Below, piece after piece: positions 8,666 to 18,811 of a stretch of 64,000 nt of DNA. Origin of the DNA: a virus (taxonomy: Duplodnaviria; Caudoviricetes); the IMG/VR virus record IMGVR_UViG_3300028549_000365, positions 32,001 through 96,000 of that record; one strand, written 5' to 3'. Each line of letters begins with the position of its first letter. The stretch's first letter is position 1. Position numbers and translations under genes: made by a program. The notes under the pieces were generated by a model. The model did no database searches and had not been told where the DNA came from. It saw nothing but the letters and a program-made list of their open reading frames with translations.

Positions 8666-9853
8666 ATGAGTATAGCAATAACAACTACTGATGTTACTAT
8701 TGATAATCAAACTGTTACATTCGAAGATATTTATCAGTATGCAGTTAGTATAAATAAGACGTCTTTAGTTAATAAACTGGGTAATGCTTATTTGTTAAAG
8801 ACGAATCTTAAACTACAAAATGGAGCTACAGTACAGGACATAAATAAGGCTATAACAATTGAGGGTAAACTTATACAGATACCAACTGGTTGTACATTAC
8901 GTCTAGGTGAACGTAGAACTGATCTTTCAACTCTTAATGGATGTACGTTATCTGCTCCTAATATAGAAAACGCTTATGGGTTTGGCGCTACCACTACAAC
9001 AGCTAGTGGTAATTTACTATTATATAATTCAACTATAAATATATTCGGTTTTTGGTCCTTCTTTAAAGGTGATAACTTAGTAGAGATTATAGACTGTTTT
9101 ATAGACGGATTCGGTAGGATATCGGGAGTTAACAGTATACTTAAAAATATTATATTTAAGAAAGCTCATGGTAAATATGGTGGTTTAGCAACTATGGGTA
9201 ACATATTACTTATGAAAGACATATATAGTTATGATGTATTACCTTATTATGACTCATATGAAAAAGCAACTGTTAAATGCGCGTTATATCATAATCCACA
9301 GTTTGCTCCAAATGTAACTATGTACTATGGTGAGTTTTCTAATTATGAGAGTTTATTGTATGTAGAATCTATGTCATCTGGATCATATACTTTTGAACTT
9401 AGAGGAACTAAAGTTACTAATGGATATTCTATGTATAAAGAAGTAGGTAGTAAAACTGACTTCAAACATAGTTTTAGATTTAAACCAAAGATATTAGATA
9501 GTAATGGTGCTACATTAATGGATGTTAATGTTGTTATAAAAGATAAAACAGGTGCAATTGTATTAAATGCTAATACAGATAATAATGGAAATATAGATAC
9601 GTGGTTAACATACTGTAAACAATTACAGACAGAGAACACTGTAACTATTATGACTCCGCACACTATAACTTTAACTTCTGGAGATATAACATCAGAGTTG
9701 AAATTATATGTTAATGATAACTTTGAGGACTTCCCTATGTATTTACAACAAAGTGGTGGTGTGAGTTGTTCTGAATTAGATGACAAATTAAATAGTATAA
9801 TAAGTAAGGTTGACTCGCTTATAGAGGAAAATAACTACGCTATAGTAGTATAA
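8666..9853 (+). CDS. Putative virion accessory protein (beta-helix-like region plus Ig/transthyretin-like domain)
   Basis: Beta-rich sequence, VVIKDKTG...NTDNNGNI carboxypeptidase-regulatory-like segment, C-terminal coil. Confidence 0.45.
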   Translation: MSIAITTTDVTIDNQTVTFEDIYQYAVSINKTSLVNKLGNAYLLKTNLKLQNGATVQDINKAITIEGKLIQIPTGCTLRLGERRTDLSTLNGCTLSAPNIENAYGFGATTTTASGNLLLYNSTINIFGFWSFFKGDNLVEIIDCFIDGFGRISGVNSILKNIIFKKAHGKYGGLATMGNILLMKDIYSYDVLPYYDSYEKATVKCALYHNPQFAPNVTMYYGEFSNYESLLYVESMSSGSYTFELRGTKVTNGYSMYKEVGSKTDFKHSFRFKPKILDSNGATLMDVNVVIKDKTGAIVLNANTDNNGNIDTWLTYCKQLQTENTVTIMTPHTITLTSGDITSELKLYVNDNFEDFPMYLQQSGGVSCSELDDKLNSIISKVDSLIEENNYAIVV

Positions 9854-9873
9854 AAAATATATAGGAATATAAA

Positions 9874-11253
9874 ATGGGTTTAAATGTAAGTTTTAAAGGT
9901 TTCGCTAAAGACGAGAACGATGTAGCTATAGACTGTAAGTTCCAGATACATTTTGTAAGACAAAATAAATGGAATAATGCTAGAAACACTACTGAAAGTT
10001 ATTATAGTTTCAACGCAGGAAGTGAGGATGGGTTAACTCAAGATGGTGATATGAAGAGCGGTGATGTTATATTATTAACTTTTTGGCACGGTAACGGTAG
10101 TGGTGATGGTGATGATAGTTTATTGTTAAACACACCAGCTAATAGAGACGATGTATTTGATAGGTTCTGTGTATTTGCAATAACACACGATGGTACAACA
10201 CAAGATTATGTTGTTAATGTACAACTTAAACCTAAGCTTGTTCCTAACATAGTTTGGACATTACCGACAACTGGAACTATTAATAGAACAATAACGGCTT
10301 TAAATACTTCTAATGATGAAACTAACTGGGTTTATGGAACTAAAACATTTTATCATCGTAACAGTTATTATGGTAGAGTTGTGTTCCCTAAGGTTGGGTT
10401 ATTAACTAGTACTTATGATTGGGTTGATCCTAATGACGCAGTTATTGATTATGAATCGTCTAACACACATAGTTATACACAAATAGGTGATTATGTTGTT
10501 AAACTTAAGGTAGTAAATTACTGGGAATTAGTTAGTAATAGTACTAAACCTATTAGATTAAAATATAATGTACCAATAGGTGGATTGAGTTTTAATCCTG
10601 ACGGAGTAACTGTTAAAGTGCATACTACTGAAAATAGTACATCTACAGCAAGTATAACTGATGAAGATAATAGAATATCATCTATTAACCATAACTGGGT
10701 TATTAAGAATAGAAATACTTTAGCATTAATAAGTGACACACTAGTTGATACAAATACTAATAAAGCCTACTCTTATAATAAAGTAATTAGTGTGTTACAA
10801 AAACATTATAGTAAACAAGTTATATCTTGGAACGATGGTTGGGAGAATTTAGTTGTAACATTTGAGAAAGAGTTAGTTATTACTAACTGGTTACCGTTAG
10901 TTAACTTTAACTTTATATTCCTTAATGATACAAGAGTTAGATTTACTCCTGTTTGTAGTGATATAGACGGATTCGTAGATAGATACACATGGAATTTATA
11001 TGCGTTAGTTCCTTTCCAAACTGGTACATATGCGTTATCTAAAACAGATGTGTTTACAGATGACCGTAATGTTGTAATAAACTTTGACTCAGCTGGTCAT
11101 TATAAGATGGTGTTAACTGCTAGAGATGATTATGGTGAAAGTGCAAGTGTTAGTAGAGAATTCGATGTAACATTAAGTGGTGATTGTGAATTAAGTGGTG
11201 GTATGACAAGTACTGATGTATTCTTCATTATACCAGATGAATATGAAAATTAA
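9874..11253 (+). CDS. PKD/Ig-like domain virion protein
   Basis: HSYTQIGDYVVKLKV, CSDIDGFVDRYTW and FDSAGHYKMVLTARDDYG are PKD-type motifs. Confidence 0.6.
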   Translation: MGLNVSFKGFAKDENDVAIDCKFQIHFVRQNKWNNARNTTESYYSFNAGSEDGLTQDGDMKSGDVILLTFWHGNGSGDGDDSLLLNTPANRDDVFDRFCVFAITHDGTTQDYVVNVQLKPKLVPNIVWTLPTTGTINRTITALNTSNDETNWVYGTKTFYHRNSYYGRVVFPKVGLLTSTYDWVDPNDAVIDYESSNTHSYTQIGDYVVKLKVVNYWELVSNSTKPIRLKYNVPIGGLSFNPDGVTVKVHTTENSTSTASITDEDNRISSINHNWVIKNRNTLALISDTLVDTNTNKAYSYNKVISVLQKHYSKQVISWNDGWENLVVTFEKELVITNWLPLVNFNFIFLNDTRVRFTPVCSDIDGFVDRYTWNLYALVPFQTGTYALSKTDVFTDDRNVVINFDSAGHYKMVLTARDDYGESASVSREFDVTLSGDCELSGGMTSTDVFFIIPDEYEN

Positions 11254-11268
11254 TAATAAGGATTTTAA

Positions 11269-11844
11269 ATGGGTAAATTAATATTTAATGGTATAAGTAA
11301 GAAGATATTCTTATCGGCTTGTAACTATTACGGAGCTAGTTTAAGGGTATCTGTATTAGATGACGACGCTAATGAATTTTTAGCAGAAAACGTACCTATG
11401 ACTGAAATAGTGGAACCTGTAACTGCGTTTGATACAACTGTAACAACTGTAGCTAATAAAGGTGAAAAAGTAGTAACAGTTAATAAAGTTACTGGTTTAT
11501 CTAAGAGTGATAGGATACGTGTAGTTAACGAAGTATATAGAGTTGTTGATATTGACATAGTCGGTAAAAACATAACACTACACACAGGTTTATTAGAAGA
11601 TATTCCTGTAGACGGAGTTATAGAACGTGTAGGTAACATGGGTATCTTTAAGATACAACTAGCTGTTACTAGGAATGGTTATTTTGTAATACAAGCTAAG
11701 GATACGAAGTTTGGATTACAACATAGTGAAAGTTTAACTGTTAAAGAGAATAGCATAGAGACGCTATTAGAGTACACTAATGTGGAGATCAACGAAAATG
11801 AAAGAGTCATTAGAGAAACTAGCAGTTATACTATTATTATTTAG
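11269..11844 (+). CDS. Putative virion accessory protein, paralogous to the N-terminus of 11916..13742
   Basis: Shared TT...G.K..T......G....I.....RVV......TL..GL module with the next gene. Confidence 0.5.
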   Translation: MGKLIFNGISKKIFLSACNYYGASLRVSVLDDDANEFLAENVPMTEIVEPVTAFDTTVTTVANKGEKVVTVNKVTGLSKSDRIRVVNEVYRVVDIDIVGKNITLHTGLLEDIPVDGVIERVGNMGIFKIQLAVTRNGYFVIQAKDTKFGLQHSESLTVKENSIETLLEYTNVEINENERVIRETSSYTIII

Positions 11845-11915
11845 TATAGACCTTATAGGTAGAGCACTATTTATGTTTTGTTTTGTTAAATAAAAAAGAA
11901 AAAAAAGGATTTAAA

Positions 11916-13742
11916 ATGGCTGGAACAATTAAAGCGGGTATACCGCACGTAATTAAAGTTAACACAAAAGCTGATAAAATGGGTCAAGAAGCTGGGTTCG
12001 ATTTAAAATACTACAATGATGCTACTAGAGAAATGGTTTCTGTTGCTGGTGCATTTTTTGAATTTGAAAATACTATAGTTCCTGCGAGTACAACTGTTGT
12101 TGGAAATCACGCTGCTGGTATTAAAGAGCTTACTCTTGATAGTGCTACGTCTTTCCCAAGAGGTTCTGTACTTAAAATAGGTGATAACTACTCTAGAGTA
12201 GTATCTGTTGCTGGTAACGTAGTTACTTTAAAACACGGACTTGCTGTTGCTGTTGTTGGTGGAGCTACTGTTGATCTTTCTGGTAGAACTGGTACATATG
12301 GTTTACCTGTAACATTCCCTGCGAAAGGAAAATATACAGTACATATGTCTAACCCATCTATTGGTATGGATAATGAGGCTGCACCTGTAAGTGTTGAGAA
12401 TGCAGATATTGACGATGTTAAATTGTTAATAGATACATTACAAGCTGACATGAGCGCTGTTAAATCACAAGTTGATGCATTAGACGAAGATGAAGTTAAT
12501 AATATTTCTGAGAAAGTTACTGAATTAACAACTACTTTGAACACTGTACATAAACTTATTCTTAACACTGATGGTTCTGGAAGCGCAGTACCTAGTATTG
12601 TTGTAGCTGGAGAGTTATTGAGTCCTACATTAAATATAGTTGCTGGTGATACTTTAACAGGTAATACTTCTGGAGCTACTGGTATTGTTGCTAATATAGC
12701 TTTTGACGGTACAAATACTACTATTGAGTTAAGTAATGTATCTGGAGTTTTCCAAACTGGTGAGACTTTAACTTTAACAAGTACTATTCCTGTAGGTTGG
12801 GAAGTTGCAGATCAGATATCGTCAAATGGATTAACATCAGTAGATAATGGAAATGGTACATATACAGTTACAGTTGATACAACTGGATTTACACCTGTAA
12901 ATAGTGTTGCTATGATATCTGACGTATCTGGTGATTACACTCCATCAATAAGTGATGTGGTTATAGACAATGCTAATCACACAGTTACATTCATAACTAT
13001 AAATAACTTATCTTCAATGCCTGACGATATATATGCTTCAGGAGCTTATACTGATTATAATGGTGTACAAATTGAAAATGTAACAGTTAACTCTACAGGT
13101 AACAATGCTATAGATTCTGTTATTGAGTTTGTAGAAGAGATTAACAGATTGTTAAACGCAGAAAATGGATTAGCTGTACTTAAAGGTCTTAATAAAGATA
13201 TCGAAAATCTTATTAACGGTTCAGCTACATTAGAAGATGGTAGTGTTAACCCTACCGCAGGTAAAGGTCTTGTTAAAATATTCGATGAAATAGTAGCTAG
13301 TCATAGCGAAATTACAGAAATTAAAACATTAGTTAACGATACTACTGTTGGACTTGCTGCTATCAAAACTGCTGTAGATGCTGGTAAAACTGCTATCGAA
13401 GCTAAATTAGACGCTATGTTAAATGGTGCTGATGAAAACAGTTTAACTGCTAAAATCAACGCTGTTAAGTTAGCTGTGGAAGCTAACAGATCTATATTAG
13501 AAAACAGTACATTCGGATTAGAAGCTGTTAAAACTAACTTAGATACATTAGCTGCGTTGTTTGTTGACGGTGGATCTGTTGAAGTTAGATTTGATGTTAT
13601 TAACGAAGCACTTGCTACGTTAAGTTCTGCTATACTTACAGCTATTGAACAACAAACTGCTCATTTAGATTCTAAGTTCGCTGAATTAGAAGCTAAGTTA
13701 ACTGCTAACGCAGAAGCTACAACTTACTCAGTATTTGCATAA
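11916..13742 (+). CDS. Putative virion fibre/decoration protein (beta domains plus long C-terminal coiled coil)
   Basis: AAGGA RBS before ATG 11916. Ig-like and beta-rich domains, then ~200 aa of heptads. Confidence 0.55.
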   Translation: MAGTIKAGIPHVIKVNTKADKMGQEAGFDLKYYNDATREMVSVAGAFFEFENTIVPASTTVVGNHAAGIKELTLDSATSFPRGSVLKIGDNYSRVVSVAGNVVTLKHGLAVAVVGGATVDLSGRTGTYGLPVTFPAKGKYTVHMSNPSIGMDNEAAPVSVENADIDDVKLLIDTLQADMSAVKSQVDALDEDEVNNISEKVTELTTTLNTVHKLILNTDGSGSAVPSIVVAGELLSPTLNIVAGDTLTGNTSGATGIVANIAFDGTNTTIELSNVSGVFQTGETLTLTSTIPVGWEVADQISSNGLTSVDNGNGTYTVTVDTTGFTPVNSVAMISDVSGDYTPSISDVVIDNANHTVTFITINNLSSMPDDIYASGAYTDYNGVQIENVTVNSTGNNAIDSVIEFVEEINRLLNAENGLAVLKGLNKDIENLINGSATLEDGSVNPTAGKGLVKIFDEIVASHSEITEIKTLVNDTTVGLAAIKTAVDAGKTAIEAKLDAMLNGADENSLTAKINAVKLAVEANRSILENSTFGLEAVKTNLDTLAALFVDGGSVEVRFDVINEALATLSSAILTAIEQQTAHLDSKFAELEAKLTANAEATTYSVFA

Positions 13743-13812
13743 TAACAAATCTGTGTACACTAGAGGGCTGTTTACAGCTCTCGTGTGTCTACAAAATAAT
13801 AAAGGAATAACA

Positions 13813-14640
13813 ATGGAAAGATATGAACTAGTAGAAAAAGGACAATCTAATATTAAAGTAACTACTAATAAGGTGACTGGTACCACGACGTTAAAAGTGT
13901 ATAAGATAACAGGAACTGGTGCTACTCCTATATTGACAGATATATCACCAGCTAACCCAACTATAACTTCTATAGCATCAGGTGCTTTTAAGCAATATAA
14001 TTTAACCGCTCCTAATGAGGATTGTTATGTGTTAGTTTTATTCAATGGTATACCACAGTTTTTTAGAGTCGGTGTACCAACTTTAAGAATATTTACATAC
14101 AATGGTAAGACTACACCTGTTGTTACATATAAGCTATTAACGTTCGCTGGTGTTGTTTCAATGCAAGGTAACATGACGCATCTAGGTATAGGCATTTGGT
14201 ACGTTACACCTAACACTACAGGTGATTTCATATTTAGCTGTTCTGTAGGCGCACCTATACCTGTTCATACGCCTTATGTAGTTGATACTGTTGGTATGTC
14301 TGGAAAGATAGTGTTCCAAAAAGATAAATGGATGATGCTTGCTGTTCCTAAAGAGAACGCTAAGATATCTGATCTGTGTGCAGCTATGGAAACTAAATAC
14401 GGTGTATCAGCTAGTACAATATTTAGAATATTCAATGCTTACCCAGCTACAGCTACACAAAGTGATGAGATGTTAGATTATAAACCTAACGTTACACCTA
14501 ACAACACTAAATATAACTTTAGTTTAGTTTATTCTGACGGTACTAGCAAAGAAATAACTGGTTTTTGGTGTAGAACGTTAAACTACACTGTTAATAATAA
14601 TGCTAGTGAATTAGCTACTTATGAGTGGAGTTCTAATTAG
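13813..14640 (+). CDS. Putative virion accessory protein (beta-rich)
   Basis: AAGGA RBS before ATG 13813. Thr/Val-rich beta strands. Confidence 0.5.
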   Translation: MERYELVEKGQSNIKVTTNKVTGTTTLKVYKITGTGATPILTDISPANPTITSIASGAFKQYNLTAPNEDCYVLVLFNGIPQFFRVGVPTLRIFTYNGKTTPVVTYKLLTFAGVVSMQGNMTHLGIGIWYVTPNTTGDFIFSCSVGAPIPVHTPYVVDTVGMSGKIVFQKDKWMMLAVPKENAKISDLCAAMETKYGVSASTIFRIFNAYPATATQSDEMLDYKPNVTPNNTKYNFSLVYSDGTSKEITGFWCRTLNYTVNNNASELATYEWSSN

Positions 14641-14643
14641 ACG

Positions 14644-14671
14644 ACTATATAGAGGAATTCCTCTATATAGT
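14644..14671. terminator. 28-bp perfect palindrome
   Basis: ACTATATAGAGGAATTCCTCTATATAGT immediately after a stop codon. Confidence 0.7.
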
Positions 14672-14707
14672 TAGTGTTTTAATGAATATTATAAATTAGG
14701 AAAATGT

Positions 14708-14899
14708 ATGTTAATAGAAACAAAAGATTATGGGTTGATAGCGTATTGTATATTATTTCACAATGGTACAAAAGAAGAAAATGGTGTTAGAATACATACT
14801 GATCATCAGCATGTAAAACCTATAGATATTACCAAAGAGTATGAAAAAAGCGACTATAGTGTTTTTAATAAAATACTTAAAGCAGTAATAAAGGGCTAA
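14708..14899 (+). CDS. Hypothetical protein
   Basis: Short ORF with AGGA RBS, coupled to the next gene. Confidence 0.5.
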   Translation: MLIETKDYGLIAYCILFHNGTKEENGVRIHTDHQHVKPIDITKEYEKSDYSVFNKILKAVIKG

Positions 14900-14900
14900 T

Positions 14901-15503
14901 ATGATAGTTAACTATTCAATAAACGGAGGAGTTACCGTTAACGGTGTTAATGTAGCTAGTAAGTTTATTGTTAAGAATTTAACTAATGACTTTACTAGTA
15001 AAGAATATATAAGTGAGATTGGTTACTATAACACTAATCTAGGTAACTTTAAAGATACTATTTTTAATAACGGTGATTTAATAACTATAACATTCTTTAT
15101 ACGGCATAATGGTATAGACTATAGTTATATAGCGTATACGTTTATAGATATTACTAAAGATGTCACAACAATGAATATACAATTACAACCTAACTGGAAT
15201 TATACATCTAATATATTACTCACCAAGAGTAATACTAATGTTAATATTAAGTTCGTTACAAATATTTATCAATCTATAGTGTATATATTGTATATAAAAT
15301 ATGATGGTGTTTATAAAGAAGTTTCTAAGAAAAATATATTATCTCAGAATGTTAATATAAAAGTATCTAGTAACGGTGAGTATAAAGTGGTTGGTTACGT
15401 ATTAGATAATAATAGATTGTTGTCATACACTAGTAAAGAATTTGATATAGAAAATGTTGTTATAGAAGACTGTCAACAAACGACATATTACGATTGGGAA
15501 TAA
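14901..15503 (+). CDS. Hypothetical beta-rich, probably virion protein
   Basis: ORF in a co-oriented structural cluster. Confidence 0.5.
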   Translation: MIVNYSINGGVTVNGVNVASKFIVKNLTNDFTSKEYISEIGYYNTNLGNFKDTIFNNGDLITITFFIRHNGIDYSYIAYTFIDITKDVTTMNIQLQPNWNYTSNILLTKSNTNVNIKFVTNIYQSIVYILYIKYDGVYKEVSKKNILSQNVNIKVSSNGEYKVVGYVLDNNRLLSYTSKEFDIENVVIEDCQQTTYYDWE

Positions 15504-15507
15504 TATT

Positions 15508-15873
15508 ATGAGATATAGTAAAACAGAAATAACTACTTTAGTTGGTAACTTTAAACCAAACTCTATAGTAACTATAAAGTTAATAGATAGTAATACAGAC
15601 ACACTAGTAAATTTAACTAGTTCTACTTGTACAGAGAGTAGACATATACCTGGTGTATATTTATGGAAGACAGATAAGATAAGTGACAGTAACTTAAAGA
15701 ATGTTTTTCATAATTTAGTTTACGAGATGAGTAGTAACGACGGTAAGAAATTCTACGGTAAATTTATTTACAGTGGATATGTTGATAAGAATGTTGTTGT
15801 TGATTTTGACGATATTAAAGTCAATCTAAATGATTTACAAGATGGAATAGATTTAATAAACGGAAGGATATAA
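15508..15873 (+). CDS. Hypothetical Ig-like virion accessory protein
   Basis: CTES..IPGVYLW motif resembles the Ig-like module in 11269 and 11916. Confidence 0.45.
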   Translation: MRYSKTEITTLVGNFKPNSIVTIKLIDSNTDTLVNLTSSTCTESRHIPGVYLWKTDKISDSNLKNVFHNLVYEMSSNDGKKFYGKFIYSGYVDKNVVVDFDDIKVNLNDLQDGIDLINGRI

Positions 15874-15877
15874 TATT

Positions 15878-16750
15878 ATGGTTACAGTTAGATTAAGCGA
15901 GTTAGATATAGATGTTGATGTTACACATATTTCAACAGACTATCAAGTAGCTACAGATAGGTTATTCAGTATAGATAGTATAGTTTGTGAATCCATAGAC
16001 GATACTGTTAATAAGACGTTTATAACGTTTAACGAAGTGTTAGACCCAACTATTAAATACTATGGTAGAGCTAGGGTGAGATTATCTACTGGTTGTGCTA
16101 TATGGGGTGATGTAAGTATGTTTATACCTAAAGATATAAACGACGTAGAGTTAGATGGTGATTTACCTACTAGGGTTGGCATACCGCAAATAGCTAGCTC
16201 TAGTAGTTTTGAAGCACACACAACTACATTATTCACATTATATGCAACTGGTTTTGGTGTTATAGGTAACGCTGGACACACTATGACTTCGTGGATTATA
16301 GAAGATGTAAATGGTAATATAGTATGGAGTTCTGTTAATGATTATCTTAACAAAACAAAGATAAGTATAAATTCAATTTTACTTAAAGAAAATAACATAT
16401 ATAGATTTAAAGTTATATTTCACACTACTAGTAATGACGCTAGTCAGATAGCTACAAAGACTGTTAGAACATATAAATCAGAATTTATAAACTTACAGAA
16501 TAATATAACACATATAGATGGTTCTGTTGATAACGAGATATCGATATTCCAACAAACTGATTTAACATCTGTTAACTGGAAGATATTTACTATGGGTGAA
16601 AATAAGGAACAATTGACTTGGGAATATAGTAGTAATACAAATGTAGCTAACATACCAGCTAATACACTCAAGAATGTAAACAGTTATTTATTAGCGATAA
16701 CTACTAACTTATCTGTTAATCCACGTTACATAGCTTTTACGACATATTAA
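15878..16750 (+). CDS. phiKZ-like virion structural protein with FN3-like repeats
   Basis: Two repeats: HISTDYQVATD...YYGRAR and HTMTSWIIED...IYRFKV. Confidence 0.55.
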   Translation: MVTVRLSELDIDVDVTHISTDYQVATDRLFSIDSIVCESIDDTVNKTFITFNEVLDPTIKYYGRARVRLSTGCAIWGDVSMFIPKDINDVELDGDLPTRVGIPQIASSSSFEAHTTTLFTLYATGFGVIGNAGHTMTSWIIEDVNGNIVWSSVNDYLNKTKISINSILLKENNIYRFKVIFHTTSNDASQIATKTVRTYKSEFINLQNNITHIDGSVDNEISIFQQTDLTSVNWKIFTMGENKEQLTWEYSSNTNVANIPANTLKNVNSYLLAITTNLSVNPRYIAFTTY

Positions 16751-16768
16751 CTATAAAAGGTAATAACT

Positions 16769-16984
16769 ATGAGGGAAAACATTAGAACCCTTTATAGGGT
16801 ATTTAAATTGCGTTTAAATGATATAGAATTTACAATGGATACAGACATCACTTCCTTAAGTGAAAATAACGAATTAATCAAGATGGAAATAGATCTCGAA
16901 GTGATGTTATTGTATCCTATGTTAGATATACATGTTATAGAAGAATGCAGAACACTTAGAGACTATTGTAAAATAGTTATATAG
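16769..16984 (+). CDS. Hypothetical protein
   Basis: AAGG RBS, ORF ends at a palindrome. Confidence 0.5.
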   Translation: MRENIRTLYRVFKLRLNDIEFTMDTDITSLSENNELIKMEIDLEVMLLYPMLDIHVIEECRTLRDYCKIVI

Positions 16985-17012
16985 ACTACTACACATATGT
17001 GTAGTAGTCTAT
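16981..17012. terminator. 32-bp perfect palindrome
   Basis: ATAGACTACTACACATATGTGTAGTAGTCTAT. Confidence 0.7.
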
Positions 17013-17040
17013 TATCTTTTGTAATCCATTATATTTCAAC

Positions 17041-17058
17041 CGTATATCATAAGTATAG
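17041..17058 (+). promoter_or_regulatory. Putative phage early promoter (variant)
   Basis: CGT-ATATCAT-AAGTAT-AG, a one-mismatch copy of the ATATTAT-N6-AG motif, upstream of a small-ORF cluster. Confidence 0.45.
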
Positions 17059-17106
17059 AAATGTGTGGTAATTAGATACATTTACTTTTGTAATAAAGGA
17101 TTCAGA

Positions 17107-17352
17107 ATGTTAGACAAAAAAATGATAGTAACTGTCAACTTTGATGTTCGTAAAGGTGGTATCGATAGCGAGACTAAAACAAGTGGTGCGTGCGTTATTA
17201 TTATACAGAACGGTGAAATAGTAAACTCGTTAGGTAAAACTATTGATACGTGTAGCAATGAGTTGAATGAAAAAATACTTAGATACGTAAAATGGGAGTA
17301 TAGATTAGATTCAAGTACTTGTGTTGTGTTAACATCTATAACTAAACTTTAA
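17107..17352 (+). CDS. Hypothetical protein
   Basis: AAGGA RBS before ATG 17107 (track start 17065 is GTG). Confidence 0.55.
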   Translation: MLDKKMIVTVNFDVRKGGIDSETKTSGACVIIIQNGEIVNSLGKTIDTCSNELNEKILRYVKWEYRLDSSTCVVLTSITKL

Positions 17353-17363
17353 GGAGCGCAAAA

Positions 17364-17780
17364 ATGAATGAACAGAAGTTTCTTAAAACGGTTTGTGATG
17401 ATGAAAGGGTTACTATTTCTGCTGGTAACTTAAAGAACTTGATTAAATGCAGAAATAGATTGCGGGACATAGATCATACACAACATCATGTTGTCGGAGA
17501 TCTGTTTAGCACTATGCCGTTTAAGACGGCTAAATACATGTCAGGAGAGTTGTTTAGAAAACAAATTAATACATGTTCAGGAGATGTTCTTGTTAATGCT
17601 AAAGAGTTAAAACTGGTATTGGATAACAAATCATATCTTGAAGATAGAGTATATAAGCTAGAGGAACAAGTAAAGTTACTTAAGAGTCAAAATAAAGAAC
17701 TCTATGAGTTATCGCTTAGAAATAAGCAAGAGATAAATATGTTTAACGGTATCACTAAGGTATCGTCTATACACGCATAA
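17364..17780 (+). CDS. Hypothetical protein with internal repeat and C-terminal coiled coil
   Basis: AAGGAG RBS. VTISAGNLKNLI and VLVNAKELKLVL are similar segments. Confidence 0.6.
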   Translation: MNEQKFLKTVCDDERVTISAGNLKNLIKCRNRLRDIDHTQHHVVGDLFSTMPFKTAKYMSGELFRKQINTCSGDVLVNAKELKLVLDNKSYLEDRVYKLEEQVKLLKSQNKELYELSLRNKQEINMFNGITKVSSIHA

Positions 17781-17793
17781 AGAAAGGTAAACA

Positions 17794-18177
17794 ATGATTG
17801 AAAAAATTAATACAGCAAATAACTTAATGACCGCCATGAAGATTAAAGCAATAAAATTGGAAACTATTAATATTGATAATTTAATTTTCTCTCTTAATAA
17901 TGTTGACAAACATTATGTAACAACGAACAAACTTACTACTTGGTATTGTGCTAACGTATATAGACATGGTCTACCAAAAAATGAATCTGAAATAAAAGAA
18001 TATTGTTCAAGAACTAACCTTTTCAGAAGTTTACACGACAATGACTATGAGAGACGAGTTAGATTAGTGTGTGGAACAGAAGAGTCTATTGATAAATTAC
18101 TAAATTATCTTACAGATAATAACACGGAAAGGGGTAAAAATGAAAGAATTAAAAGTACTAATATCAAAATGGGATAG
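17794..18177 (+). CDS. Hypothetical protein
   Basis: AAGG RBS, co-oriented small ORF. Confidence 0.55.
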   Translation: MIEKINTANNLMTAMKIKAIKLETINIDNLIFSLNNVDKHYVTTNKLTTWYCANVYRHGLPKNESEIKEYCSRTNLFRSLHDNDYERRVRLVCGTEESIDKLLNYLTDNNTERGKNERIKSTNIKMG

Positions 18178-18595
18178 CAACACTATACGTGTGACAAGTA
18201 AACGTACAAATGAAGTAAAGTTATTTAGTACAAATATACCTTATAGCACGTATGATTTAGAGTGTATATTTGATTTCCGCGATATTACATCAGACGAAAT
18301 TAATGAACAGTTTGGACAGATATGTTTGAATTCAGGTATAGTTGTTCTTGTAGTGCACGTTAGGATTTGTAACTTTACACAATATGTATTTTTACCGTTA
18401 AGTAACACATACGACCTATTAGTACCTGAAGATGAAATAAAACATTACATTGGTAAAGGTGGCAGCGGAATAGAATATCTAAGGAAAAGAATACTTAGAG
18501 TATTCGATATAGCCGAACGACAAAGTGAAGGTACATTTAAGCCGTTAAGAGATTTTAAAATAAGAGTATTTAACGAACAAGGGGTAAGAAAATGA
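18140..18595 (+). CDS. KH-motif (GxxG) putative RNA-binding protein
   Basis: LLVPEDEIKHYIGKGGSGIEYLRKRI matches the KH strand-helix-IGKGG-helix core. Confidence 0.55.
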   Translation: MKELKVLISKWDSNTIRVTSKRTNEVKLFSTNIPYSTYDLECIFDFRDITSDEINEQFGQICLNSGIVVLVVHVRICNFTQYVFLPLSNTYDLLVPEDEIKHYIGKGGSGIEYLRKRILRVFDIAERQSEGTFKPLRDFKIRVFNEQGVRK

Positions 18596-18801
18596 AATCA
18601 AAGATTAAAAGAAACAAGCATAAAATGTTGGCTGTTGGTTATCACTGTTTACGTAGTTTAGTTGTAAGACAAATAATCGTAGAGAAAAAGTATTGTAACA
18701 CTAAACATGGTGATGAAGCTATGAGTGGTATATTTATAGAAATACATCATGTTTTTAATAGAATTAAAAATATTAGAAAGAGTGTATTAAAATTGAAATA
18801 A
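18592..18801 (+). CDS. Small basic hypothetical protein (paralog 1)
   Basis: MKSKIKRNKHKML...RIKNIRKSVLKLK. Confidence 0.55.
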   Translation: MKSKIKRNKHKMLAVGYHCLRSLVVRQIIVEKKYCNTKHGDEAMSGIFIEIHHVFNRIKNIRKSVLKLK

Positions 18802-18811
18802 AAGGTATGAA

